Shown here one piece after another: positions 1 through 9,473 of a DNA stretch of 28,158 nt; position 1 is the stretch's first letter; every line of letters begins with the position of its first letter. The translations under genes and the position numbers were made by a program. Origin of the DNA: Promethearchaeota archaeon (GTDB taxonomy: Archaea; Asgardarchaeota; Lokiarchaeia; Sigyniarchaeales; SOKP01); contig JABXKD010000048.1 in assembly GCA_013375475.1 (NCBI GenBank), positions 1 to 28,158 of the forward strand. The letters run 5' to 3'. The notes below the pieces were generated by a model. That model was not told the origin of the DNA. It saw only the letters and a program-made list of their open reading frames with translations, and made no database searches.

Positions 1-2
1 GT

Positions 3-260
3 TCTGATCCAAAAAGATTGAATATTAATATTTTTATGCAGTTTGGTGATGAGCTAATCCCATTTGATTTATTAAAAAAAGTTGAAAAGAAAGGGGCTAA
101 CTTAAATGTAAAATGCATACCATACGAAGATTCTTTGGGTGTATGTTGGGCTCGTCATTATTTGTTATCTCTATACGATGGAGAAGATTATTACTTACAG
201 CTTGAAAATCCTAAGAAACTTGAACCAAAGCATTTATTGGAAGATTATTTTGATTTCTAG
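3..260 (+). pseudogene. 5'-partial and apparently C-terminally truncated GT60/GlcNAc-family (Skp1 GlcNAc-transferase Gnt1-like) glycosyltransferase fragment
   Basis: The frame is open from the window edge (SDPKRLNINIFMQ...). GVCWARHYLLSLYDGEDYYLQL matches my recollection of the GT60 G-x-C/x-W/Y-A-R...LY-x-GE-x-Y-x-LQ-x-DSH motif, but DSH is missing and the ORF stops 18 codons later. Confidence 0.55.
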
Positions 261-264
261 TATT

Positions 265-1608
265 TTATTTCGGTAATTTTTCGAAATCTACTACGACTTT
301 ACCATTTTTTATAACTTTTGATACTAAATTCACACCAAATTGGTAGGGAAGAAAATTATGATTTGGTACGTCAAAGACTACTATATCTGCTTTTTTACCA
401 ACTTCTATACTCCCAATTTCATCTTGTCGCTCAATAGCACAAGCTGCGTTAATTGTGGCTGCCGTTAATGCTTCCGCGGGTGAAAGTTTCATATGATAAC
501 ATGCTAGTGCGATTATCATTTGCATTGATTCAGTCCAGCAATTTGGATTAAGGTCAGTAGCAAGAGCTATTGGAATACCCATTTCAATCATTTTTCTTGC
601 AGGAGCAAAATCTTTCAGCATTAAACAAAAAGGAGTTCCAGGTAATAGTGTAGCAATTGTTTTGCTTCTTTTCAATGCTTCCAACCCTTTATCATTAGAT
701 TTCAGTAGGTGTCCTACTTGCACTGCGTTTAGTTCGGCTGCTAACAATGCACCATTAGTATCTACAATCTCATCAATATGAATCTGTGGTTTAATCCCAT
801 ATTTAAGAGCTGATAATAATATTTTTTTTGTTTGTTCTGTTGAAAAAATCCCTTCTTCACAAAAAACATCACAAAACTCTGCTAATTCTTCTTTAGCTAT
901 TCTTGGGATCATTTCCGAAACTATAACTTCTACATATTCATCATTTTTCCCTTTATATTCAGGGGGAATTGTATGAGCGCCTAAAAATGTGGAGACTATA
1001 TCCATGGGGTGGTCATGATTCAATTCTTTTATAGCTAGTAATGACTTTATTTCATTCTCAGTATCCAACCCATATCCCGATTTCGTTTCAATTGTAGTTG
1101 TGCCATATTCCATCATTTTGTTAAGAATCTTTCTCCCATTATTGATTAATCGAGTTAACGGCGCTTTTCTTGTTGCGTTAACTGTCTTTAATATTCCTCC
1201 TCCGGATTCTAAAATTTCAAGGTAACTCATACCCGCAAGTTTCATCTCGAGCTCGTTTTCTCTATAACCATCAAAAATAATGTGAGTATGAGGATCAATA
1301 AAACTAGGCGTTACCAGCTTATTGCTTGCATCGATAATAATTGTCTTTTTATTTGAAGGAATCTTAGTCATTAGTTCTTCAGAAGTTCCTATAAATGTTA
1401 TATAATCACCTGAAATGGCTACAGCTCCGTCTTGTATAATAGCTAGATTTTTCATTTCCTTACCCACTCTTGGAATACCATATCTAGAATCCAGTGTTAC
1501 AAGTTCATTTGCATGTATAATAATTAAATCCACTTGGGGTGTTGGATCAAAACGGTTTGAATCTTTTCTTTTTACTCTTCTCGGTGTGGGAGTTGATCTT
1601 ACAGACAC
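265..1608 (-). CDS. hutI: Imidazolonepropionase (amidohydrolase superfamily)
   Basis: IDPHTH metal motif, GGGILKTV, GTTTIETKSGYGL, TFLGAH, DVFCEEG, ALATDLNP; GTG start; follows hutH. Confidence 0.96.
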   Translation of the reverse strand: MSVRSTPTPRRVKRKDSNRFDPTPQVDLIIIHANELVTLDSRYGIPRVGKEMKNLAIIQDGAVAISGDYITFIGTSEELMTKIPSNKKTIIIDASNKLVTPSFIDPHTHIIFDGYRENELEMKLAGMSYLEILESGGGILKTVNATRKAPLTRLINNGRKILNKMMEYGTTTIETKSGYGLDTENEIKSLLAIKELNHDHPMDIVSTFLGAHTIPPEYKGKNDEYVEVIVSEMIPRIAKEELAEFCDVFCEEGIFSTEQTKKILLSALKYGIKPQIHIDEIVDTNGALLAAELNAVQVGHLLKSNDKGLEALKRSKTIATLLPGTPFCLMLKDFAPARKMIEMGIPIALATDLNPNCWTESMQMIIALACYHMKLSPAEALTAATINAACAIERQDEIGSIEVGKKADIVVFDVPNHNFLPYQFGVNLVSKVIKNGKVVVDFEKLPK

Positions 1609-1621
1609 GATATTCTCTTCT

Positions 1622-3136
1622 CTAATCTTTATTGGATAATTTAACTAATTCTTTACTTTTTATGATATCTAAAGATTTGGCAATATAATCAGATAAAACT
1701 ACATCTTCGTTAAGATGAGGGATTTTTTGACGAACATATGCATGACAAGCCTCAAGAATCAAACTGGATTTTAAGGGTCTCCTAAAATCAAATGCTTGAG
1801 CAGCACATAAAAGTTCAATTGCCAATATTTTTTCAAGGTTGTGTACAATTCGAAGCGTTTTTCTTGCACTAATTGATCCCATACTAACATGATCTTCTTG
1901 GCCCATTGATGTCGGGATACTATCGGCACTAGCAGGGAAACACATTGATTTATTTTCGCTAACTAAAGCTGCTGAAGTATATTGCGTTATCATGAAACCC
2001 GAATTTAATCCAGATTTTTCAATTAGGTAAGCAGGCAAACCCCATTTTCCTTCCAAGAGAAGATATGTTCTTCTATCGGAAATATTTCCTATTTCAGAAG
2101 CGGCTAAACCAACATAATCCAATGGAAGTGCGAGGGGTTGACCATGGAAATTTCCCCCACTTATGGTTTTGTTTTCATTAATAATGATAGGATTATCTGT
2201 TATTGAGTTTAATTCACATTCTACTACGCCTTTAAAGTGTAAGAATGCATCTCGAGAAGCACCATGGACTTGTGGTATGCACCGAATAGAATATGGATCT
2301 TGAACCCTTCCACAATCTTTATGAGATTCAATAAATCTAGAATCTTTTAAAAATGCTCTAATTCTTTTAGCAACAAGAAGAGCCCCTTGATGCGGTCTTA
2401 GCCTGATTAAATCGTCATCGAAGGGCTGAGGTGAACCCAAGTACGCTTCTAGACTAAGAGCACCAATAATATCAGCATTTTCAAGACAATTTCTAAATTT
2501 TTCATGTATAACTATTGCGTGAGCCGTAATAAATTGTGTGCCGTTAATTAAGGCTAAACCTTCCTTAGCCTGTAATTTCATAGGAGTTAAGTCGTGTTTC
2601 TGCAAGATTTCAAGTGACTTGATATAATTTTTACCGTCTTTTGATAAATAACCTAACCCAATGAGAGGTAAGAACAAATGAGCTAGAGGAGCTAGATCTC
2701 CAGATGCTCCAACAGACCCTTGTTCTGGAACTAATGGAATCACATTCCTTTCTACATGCCAATAAATGCGTTCAATTACTTCTAGTGAAATTCCAGAAAA
2801 TCCTTTACATAAAGCATGAATTTTTAAAATCATCATAAGTTTTGATAACTGATGCTCAATAGGTTCACCAACTCCTACGCTATGACTTTTCAATAGATTT
2901 TCTTGTAATTTGCCAGTTTCCTCTTTTGAAATAATAGTAGTACACAGCGAACCAAAACCAGTGTTAATACTGTAAACTAATTTTTTACCTTTAGCTATTT
3001 TTTGAACTGCTTCATAATTCTTTTTTACTTTTAATTTAACTTCTTCAGTTATAATACCTCTTACCTCTCCATTTGCAATCTGTAAAGCTAAATCAGGGGT
3101 CAAATAATCAGTTCCATATGCAAAGTTTTTATTCAT
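1622..3136 (-). CDS. hutH: Histidine ammonia-lyase
   Basis: YSINTGFGSL, GSVGASGDLAPLAH (MIO-forming ASG), KEGLALINGTQ, QDPYSIRCIPQVHGA, GGNFHG, QEDHVSMG. Confidence 0.97.
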   Translation of the reverse strand: MNKNFAYGTDYLTPDLALQIANGEVRGIITEEVKLKVKKNYEAVQKIAKGKKLVYSINTGFGSLCTTIISKEETGKLQENLLKSHSVGVGEPIEHQLSKLMMILKIHALCKGFSGISLEVIERIYWHVERNVIPLVPEQGSVGASGDLAPLAHLFLPLIGLGYLSKDGKNYIKSLEILQKHDLTPMKLQAKEGLALINGTQFITAHAIVIHEKFRNCLENADIIGALSLEAYLGSPQPFDDDLIRLRPHQGALLVAKRIRAFLKDSRFIESHKDCGRVQDPYSIRCIPQVHGASRDAFLHFKGVVECELNSITDNPIIINENKTISGGNFHGQPLALPLDYVGLAASEIGNISDRRTYLLLEGKWGLPAYLIEKSGLNSGFMITQYTSAALVSENKSMCFPASADSIPTSMGQEDHVSMGSISARKTLRIVHNLEKILAIELLCAAQAFDFRRPLKSSLILEACHAYVRQKIPHLNEDVVLSDYIAKSLDIIKSKELVKLSNKD

Positions 3137-3141
3137 TTTAA

Positions 3142-5166
3142 TCAGCTTTTATTAACTTTTTTTTCAAATTCTGAGTCTACAATATTTTTAATCATGTCCT
3201 CATCTATTTGAAATGGTAGTGTAATTTGTCCTTTTTCCTTATACTCAATATTCCACTTATATGCGGTGTCAATAGCATTTATATTTCTTGCCCAGGCTCT
3301 TCTTGCTACCCCACATGCGACATCCCAGTTAATCGCGCTTCTTATAATCTCATTAACGCGTTCAGATCCGTCCAAAACTAATCCAAATCCTCCATTAATA
3401 GCTTTTCCGGTACCTACACCACCTCCATTCGATAAAACACACATCGTCATACCTCGGGCTATATTTCCAGCCCAACTATGGTGAGCCATATCCGCCATGA
3501 TATTGCTTCCATCTTTAATATTTGATGTTTCTCTAAATGGAGAATCCGTACCAGATACATCGTGATGGTCTCTACCGAGCATAATAGGTCCTATTTCTCC
3601 AGATCTAATTAATTCGTTAAATTTTAAAGCGATTTTTACGCGCGCTTCCATATCGGCATATAATATTCGAGCTTGTGAGCCAACTACTAGTTTATTCTTT
3701 TCAGCATTTTTAATCCAATACCAATTATCACGATCTTGAGCTCTACGGTTTGGATCTATGCAAGAAAGAGCAATCTGATCAGTTTTTATTAAATCTGAAT
3801 GGTTTAAACTCAAGCAAACCCATCGGAAGGGACCATACCCATAATCGAAACAGATTGGTCCCATGATGTGCTCCACATAGGAGGGAAAGATAAAACCGCT
3901 TTTAGGGTCCCCATTAATCGCAATTTCTTGAACTCCCGCATCATAAACAGCTTTGAGAAATGAATTACCATAATCCCAGAAATTTGTTCCTCTATTAACC
4001 ATAACTTTAATAAGCCTATATTGTTCACGTAACGATTCATCAACTAGCTTTTCAAATCGTTTTCTGTCAGATTTTAATAATTCTCTTCCTTCTTCGAAAC
4101 TTAAACTCATAGGAGTATAACCACCATCATAAGGGGCATGACAAGACGTTTGATCTGAGGCGAGCTCAACTTCAATATTATTATCTACAACATATTTCCA
4201 GATATCAACTACATTCCCATGATAAGCTATTGAAATTGATTCTTTTTTTTTCTTATATTCTTCAACCCAATTAAAGATCTCTTCAAGATTATTTGAAATT
4301 TTACTTACCCATCCTTGTTCATATCGAGTTTCAATGCGAGATTTATCAACTTCTGCTATTAATCCGATGCCATCTGCAATTTCTATCGCTTTAGCTTGAG
4401 CACCACTCATCCCTCCTAACCCCGAGGTAATATATAACACTCCACTAAGACCTTTATCTGGAGGTATCCCTAGATATAACCTTCCTGCATTTAGCAAAGT
4501 AATAAAAGTTCCGTGAACTATTCCTTGCGGACCTATGTACATCCACCCCCCAGCAGTCATTTGCCCATAGTTTGCAACTCCCAATGCCGAAGCTCGTTGA
4601 AATTCTTCAGGTGTATCAAACGAACCAACCATTAATCCATTGGTCATAATTACTCTTGGAGCATCTCTTTTGCTGGGGAATAAACCCAAAGGATGGCCAG
4701 ACATTACCGTAAGTGTTTGACTTTCCTCGATAACTTCAAGATATTCCTTGATTAATCTATATTGTAGCCAATTTTCGCAAACTTGCCCACTCTCACCATA
4801 AGTAACTAATTCATAGGGATAAAGTGCGACATCAAAATCTAAATTATTATCGATCATTAATTGTATCGCTCTCGCTTCAAGAATACCTTTATATTTATTG
4901 ATGGGCTTAGCTTTAATATTCCCCGATGGTCGATAACGATAAGCATAGATTCTCCCTCTAGTTGTTAGTTCGTTTAAGAATTCTGGAGCAAGTTGTTTGT
5001 GTAGGCTTTCAGGTACATATCTTAATGCATTTTTTAAAGCGATAATGGTATCTTCTCGATTTAAGTTGAACCCACGATTTGGAGCCCTGCGAATACCTTG
5101 TTCGAACACTGGATCAATTGGTAATTCATCGATTAATTTAATTTTCATTGCTTTAGTAATATCCAT
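3142..5166 (-). CDS. hutU: Urocanate hydratase, long (about 670 aa) form
   Basis: GQMTAGGWMYIGPQGIVHGT, SGLGGMSGAQAKA, SDQTSCH, GRDHHDVSGTDSPFRETSNI, NGGGVG. Confidence 0.97.
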   Translation of the reverse strand: MDITKAMKIKLIDELPIDPVFEQGIRRAPNRGFNLNREDTIIALKNALRYVPESLHKQLAPEFLNELTTRGRIYAYRYRPSGNIKAKPINKYKGILEARAIQLMIDNNLDFDVALYPYELVTYGESGQVCENWLQYRLIKEYLEVIEESQTLTVMSGHPLGLFPSKRDAPRVIMTNGLMVGSFDTPEEFQRASALGVANYGQMTAGGWMYIGPQGIVHGTFITLLNAGRLYLGIPPDKGLSGVLYITSGLGGMSGAQAKAIEIADGIGLIAEVDKSRIETRYEQGWVSKISNNLEEIFNWVEEYKKKKESISIAYHGNVVDIWKYVVDNNIEVELASDQTSCHAPYDGGYTPMSLSFEEGRELLKSDRKRFEKLVDESLREQYRLIKVMVNRGTNFWDYGNSFLKAVYDAGVQEIAINGDPKSGFIFPSYVEHIMGPICFDYGYGPFRWVCLSLNHSDLIKTDQIALSCIDPNRRAQDRDNWYWIKNAEKNKLVVGSQARILYADMEARVKIALKFNELIRSGEIGPIMLGRDHHDVSGTDSPFRETSNIKDGSNIMADMAHHSWAGNIARGMTMCVLSNGGGVGTGKAINGGFGLVLDGSERVNEIIRSAINWDVACGVARRAWARNINAIDTAYKWNIEYKEKGQITLPFQIDEDMIKNIVDSEFEKKVNKS

Positions 5167-5336
5167 ACTTTAACCTAACATTCATAGATATATATATTTT
5201 AAATATTTTGATATATAAAATCAGAAAACAATAGTAATTAATATGTTCTTGAAGAATTAACACTAAAGGCAAAAGATAAAATGAAAGGAACTATTTTCGT
5301 ACTAAAAAAGACCTACAAGTGACTTGAGCTATTAAA

Positions 5337-5537
5337 GTGAACGGAACAAAGCGAATAGATGTCAAATCAGGCATACGAGTTTTAATCGAATTAAAGAGGG
5401 ACCAGCGTTCTGGTAAGTTAACCGAGGGTATAGTCAAAGATGTGCTTACAAATTCTCCTCATCACCATCATGGGATTAAAGTTCGGTTGAGGAACGGTGA
5501 AATTGGGCGAATAAAAAAAATAGTAAGCTCTAAATAA
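5337..5537 (+). CDS. YwbE family (DUF2196) small protein
   Basis: LKRDQRSGKLTEGIVKDVLTNSPHHHHGIKVRL...GEIGRIK matches the YwbE consensus; GTG start. Confidence 0.85.
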   Translation: MNGTKRIDVKSGIRVLIELKRDQRSGKLTEGIVKDVLTNSPHHHHGIKVRLRNGEIGRIKKIVSSK

Positions 5538-5652
5538 TAAATTAGTAAAAAAGCTTAATTTCTTAATATTTATGGCTTTTTCTAGCTTTTGACAATATTT
5601 CCTATATGGAAGTTTAAATGAAATTGAACATAAATAAAAAAAATAAAATAAA

Positions 5653-7491
5653 TTATAAATCATCTAAACCTAGAGTTTTAAGTTTCTCTTGGTTAGGATA
5701 CCCTGATCCCTTATCAAATTCTCGATATTCGTAATAAGCATCTTTTATTCGTTGAAAGTTTGGAGTTTTTCCAGCTGAACCACCCTCATTTACAGGATTA
5801 AGCACAATCTTTGGTAATCGATCGTCGGTAGGGGTAAGTCCCATTTTCAAGTTGAATAATCTTTTTATCATGTAAATACGTTCCCCTAATGTTTTAAAAT
5901 CCTCCATATTTAGATTTAAACCAGTTGCTTTCGTTACCATATTTAGAATCATCGAGGGGGGAGGATTAGCAAATGTGCATATAATTAGAGATGCATATAA
6001 CGCGCGATAATCCTGAATACGGGCGCAAAACTCTGCCATTGGCCCATCGTCTTGATACCAATCAACATTTAATTCGATTCCGTATTCACTAAACGGGTAT
6101 CCTAGTAATACAATATATGCATCACATGAAGTGTGACACGGGCCTCTAGGAGTAGCTAAGGCATAACCAACAGCCATACCATACATTCTCCGCAGATCAT
6201 GGTAGGGTATCTCCATTCCGTAAACTGTAGCAATCTCATCTTGAGGAATATTGAATTTTTTTCCAACATAATCAGAACCTTCAGCCATTATATCTCCAAT
6301 TCCCTCCCTAAATGTGATTTTTTTTAATAGTTCAAGAGCAGGTTTTATTTCACCCCATTTTGGCTCTAATCCCTTAATATCCTCAGAACTTATTTTATTA
6401 TTATCAAAAAGATAATAAATAAATGAAATTGTGCTACTCCCACTGATGGTATCTATTCCATAATCATTACAGAGGTAATTAGCTCTTTGAATCCCTTCAA
6501 GATTATCATTAAGTATCATAGAGCCAAATCCTGCAACAGTTTCATATTCAGCAGCTTCAATTTCGCCGTCGGTTTTATATTCTCCTTCATCGATTTTTGC
6601 TCTCTTTGAACAACCAATAGGACAAGCAAAACAGGGATAACTTCCAGAGAAGATTTTTTCGAAAGCAGTTGAACCAGATATATTATAAGCGCCTTCCCAA
6701 GTTCCTTGTGTCCAATATTTTATTGGTAATTCACCCGAGGCATTGTACATATCAACGCCACTTGATGTTCCTAGATCTCCAAACATTTCTGTCATAAAAG
6801 CAGAATTTATATGATCTACGGTTGTTTTTACAGCTTCCTTATAACCTTCAGGGTCAAAAGCATTATAACTTTTCTTTTTCCCTCTGACTGTAATCGCTTT
6901 CAGTTTTTTTGAACCCATAACAGCACCCATTCCGGTTCTACCAGCAGCTTTATCTTCAGAAGCAATAATTGCGTATTTTACAAGATTCTCGCCAGCTTGT
7001 CCAATACATGCAACTCGAGTTAAGGGGGATCCTGAATTTTCTTTCAATAGTTTAGAAGTTTCAAATATCCCTTTCCCCCACAAATCTGAAGCATCCTTGA
7101 TTTCTGCTCCATTTTCATTAATATCTAAAAATACGGGATTTTCCGAAGCTCCTTTAATCACTATCCCATCATAACCAGTCTTTCTTAATTCTGGACCAAA
7201 AAATCCTCCACAGTTAGATTCTCCCCATATCCCCGTCAAAGGGGATTTGGCACAAACAACGAACCTTCCACTTGTGGGTGCGTTAGAACCGCAAAAAAGA
7301 CCTGTCATGAACATTAAGATATTGCGCGGTGAAAGTGGGTCAGTTTCCTTGTCTATCTTATCATATAAATATCTACATGCATATCCCGCACCACCAAGGA
7401 ATTTCTCAGCAATAGTATCTTTGATTACTTCTTCACTAATCTCTTTGTTTTCAAGATTAACTACTAAAAGCTTTCCTTCAAAACCTTTCAT
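5653..7491 (-). CDS. aor: Tungsten-pterin aldehyde:ferredoxin oxidoreductase family protein
   Basis: KSPLTG, AGRTGMGAVMGSKKLKAI, 4Fe-4S ligands CFACPIGC plus a distal C (IICTF), EYET, DDRLP. Confidence 0.93.
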   Translation of the reverse strand: MKGFEGKLLVVNLENKEISEEVIKDTIAEKFLGGAGYACRYLYDKIDKETDPLSPRNILMFMTGLFCGSNAPTSGRFVVCAKSPLTGIWGESNCGGFFGPELRKTGYDGIVIKGASENPVFLDINENGAEIKDASDLWGKGIFETSKLLKENSGSPLTRVACIGQAGENLVKYAIIASEDKAAGRTGMGAVMGSKKLKAITVRGKKKSYNAFDPEGYKEAVKTTVDHINSAFMTEMFGDLGTSSGVDMYNASGELPIKYWTQGTWEGAYNISGSTAFEKIFSGSYPCFACPIGCSKRAKIDEGEYKTDGEIEAAEYETVAGFGSMILNDNLEGIQRANYLCNDYGIDTISGSSTISFIYYLFDNNKISSEDIKGLEPKWGEIKPALELLKKITFREGIGDIMAEGSDYVGKKFNIPQDEIATVYGMEIPYHDLRRMYGMAVGYALATPRGPCHTSCDAYIVLLGYPFSEYGIELNVDWYQDDGPMAEFCARIQDYRALYASLIICTFANPPPSMILNMVTKATGLNLNMEDFKTLGERIYMIKRLFNLKMGLTPTDDRLPKIVLNPVNEGGSAGKTPNFQRIKDAYYEYREFDKGSGYPNQEKLKTLGLDDL

Positions 7492-7518
7492 TTTGATAAC
7501 ACTTTAAGATTTTATACT

Positions 7519-7555
7519 ATATGCATATTTTACTTGCATATAATTATATTTGCAA
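7519..7555. promoter_or_regulatory. Candidate operator upstream of aor with palindromic TGCA sites
   Basis: Perfect palindrome ATATGCATAT (7519-7528) and inverted repeat TTGCA-N12-TGCAA (7534-7555), 28-64 nt upstream of the aor ATG. Confidence 0.3.
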
Positions 7556-7598
7556 TTAGTAAGAGTTCATTTATATTTTCCCAAAAAATAGTCAAGTT

Positions 7599-9341
7599 TT
7601 ATTTAAATATCTTCACTTCGCGAGCTTCTAGTTTTTCAAGAGAAGCAGGAAATTTTTTTAGGTTATTGCGTTCAATGTTCAAATATTGAAGCGAGGAGAG
7701 AGATTCTATTGACTCTGGTAAATTTATGATAAGATTAGTTCTTAAAAACAAGTACTTTAAGGATTCTAACTTACCAATTGAATCAGGAATATGGGTTAAT
7801 TCGTTATTTCCTAAATAGAGATATTTTAAATTTTCAAGTTCGCCGATTGTGCTTGGTATTTCCTTTAAATTATTATAATACAAGTATAACCTTTTAAGAG
7901 ATTTCAGAGCTCCTATTGAATCGGGAATTTTATTTATAGCATTTTTCCCCAAATCTAAATTTTCTAATGTAGATAATGAGCCTATAGAATTTGGAATGGT
8001 TTCTAAACGATTGAACCCCAGAATTAGATTTTTTAAGAGTGGTAATTTACCTATAGATGGGATTAATCTGGTTAGCTTATTAGTAGAAAGATCGAGTTCT
8101 TTTAAAGAATTTAATGCGCCGATTGACTCCGGTAGAACTGTTAATTGGTTTTTGCTTAAATCCAATACTTCCAGAGAGTCTAAATTACCTAACGAATCAG
8201 GCAGCTTTTTTAATTTATTATCATACAAATCCAATTCTTTTAAACTTGAGAGGTTTCCAATAGAATTAGGAAGCTCTTCTAGTTCATTTCGATCACTTTT
8301 TAACGATTCTAGGGATTTTAAATCACATATAGATTCAGGAAGAGATTTAAGCATATTCCTATCAATCTTTAGCGATTTAATGCACGTTAAATTGCCAAGA
8401 TCTGGTAACTCAATTAATTGGTTATTCGTTATTTCTAGTTTTAGGAGTGATTCAAGAGAATTAATAGATTTAGGAAGTTCTGTCAAAAAATTAGAAGTTA
8501 AATCTAAATTCTCTAATGTATTAAGAGAACCAATAGTTTCAGGAAGAAATGGAAGTTTATTAGAAGCCAATCCAAGATACTTGAGGTTTTTTAAATTACC
8601 TATCGAATCAGGTAAGAACGTTAAATTATTACCTTTCAGGAATAAGGAAGATAAAGCGGATAAATTACCTATTGAATTCGGTAACTTTGTTAATGTATTA
8701 TTCCGGAGGTTTAATCGTTTTAAGGAACTTAAAGATCCAATAGATTCTGGCAGCAAATTTAAATTATTACTTCCTAAATATAACAATTTTAAAGATTTAA
8801 GATTTTCAATTGAATTTGGAAGTTCTTTAATTTCATTGTGACTTAAATCTAAAGATTTTAGATTTTCTAAAGCTCCTATGCTCTCGGGGATTTTATTTAA
8901 AGAGTTCTCACTCAAATCCAGCAAGGTAAGAAAAGATAATGAACTAATTGTATCTGGCAATTCTGTTAATTTATTCGTTTCCAAGTGTAATTCCTTTAAA
9001 GAAGATAAAGAGTATATAGCTTTAGGTAATTTAACTAATCTATTTTCACTAAGGTCTAAACTGTCAAGTGATGAAATAAAACAGAGCTCTTCAGGTATAA
9101 CTTTTAACTTGTTTCCTCTTACTAATAGCTTTTTTAGAAACGGGAGTGTCGTTATTTTTTCAGGTATTATCGTTAAACCGCATGAAAATAAACTCAATCC
9201 GTCAACTTTGTTATTCTTTATAGTGTAACCAAAGGTATAACTTTGAAGATCTGATACTTCAGGGATAGACAAGCCTATTAATTTTTCTAAGTAATTTAGA
9301 AATTTCTGTTCTTCTTCACTAATTGGCATGAGAATCTTCAA
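7599..9341 (-). CDS. Stand-alone leucine-rich-repeat protein with 23 LRRs; start may be the ATG at 9329
   Basis: Short N-cap followed by LxxLxLxxNxLxxLPxSIGxLxx repeats almost to the C-terminus; no signal peptide, TM segment or catalytic domain visible. Confidence 0.95.
   Translation of the reverse strand: MKILMPISEEEQKFLNYLEKLIGLSIPEVSDLQSYTFGYTIKNNKVDGLSLFSCGLTIIPEKITTLPFLKKLLVRGNKLKVIPEELCFISSLDSLDLSENRLVKLPKAIYSLSSLKELHLETNKLTELPDTISSLSFLTLLDLSENSLNKIPESIGALENLKSLDLSHNEIKELPNSIENLKSLKLLYLGSNNLNLLPESIGSLSSLKRLNLRNNTLTKLPNSIGNLSALSSLFLKGNNLTFLPDSIGNLKNLKYLGLASNKLPFLPETIGSLNTLENLDLTSNFLTELPKSINSLESLLKLEITNNQLIELPDLGNLTCIKSLKIDRNMLKSLPESICDLKSLESLKSDRNELEELPNSIGNLSSLKELDLYDNKLKKLPDSLGNLDSLEVLDLSKNQLTVLPESIGALNSLKELDLSTNKLTRLIPSIGKLPLLKNLILGFNRLETIPNSIGSLSTLENLDLGKNAINKIPDSIGALKSLKRLYLYYNNLKEIPSTIGELENLKYLYLGNNELTHIPDSIGKLESLKYLFLRTNLIINLPESIESLSSLQYLNIERNNLKKFPASLEKLEAREVKIFK
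7623..9206 (-). repeat. Degenerate 69-bp-period coding tandem repeat (23 LRR units, one of 22 aa)
   Basis: Counted by hand from VDGLSLFSCGL (aa 46) to LEKLEA (aa 573). Confidence 0.9.
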
Positions 9342-9473
9342 ATACCTTAATTATTCATAAGATAATTGATAATAGTCTAAAAAAGTAATAAAAAATAGGA
9401 TATATATGGTTTAACATTTCGACAATTTTGAATTAAAAGTTAAAAAAAAAATTAATTTTGAAACATTCTAAAC

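Noticed and set aside
5281-5322. Mini-ORF MKGTIFVLKKTYK upstream of the YwbE gene
   Set aside because: No compositional bias (no His codons), on the opposite strand to hut, no supporting structure.
5316-5326. Palindrome CAAGTGACTTG, also present at 2611-2621 inside hutH
   Set aside because: An 11-mer recurrence is plausible by chance in 28 kb, and one copy is in mid-coding sequence.
7623-9206. CRISPR array or diversity-generating retroelement explanation for the periodic DNA
   Set aside because: Repeats are degenerate, in-frame coding units; no identical repeats with spacers, and no cas or reverse transcriptase gene in the window.
7996-9228. Long antisense ORFs (281 aa and 116 aa) opposite the LRR gene
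   Set aside because: Shadow frames produced by the repetitive LRR codon pattern; no independent protein features.
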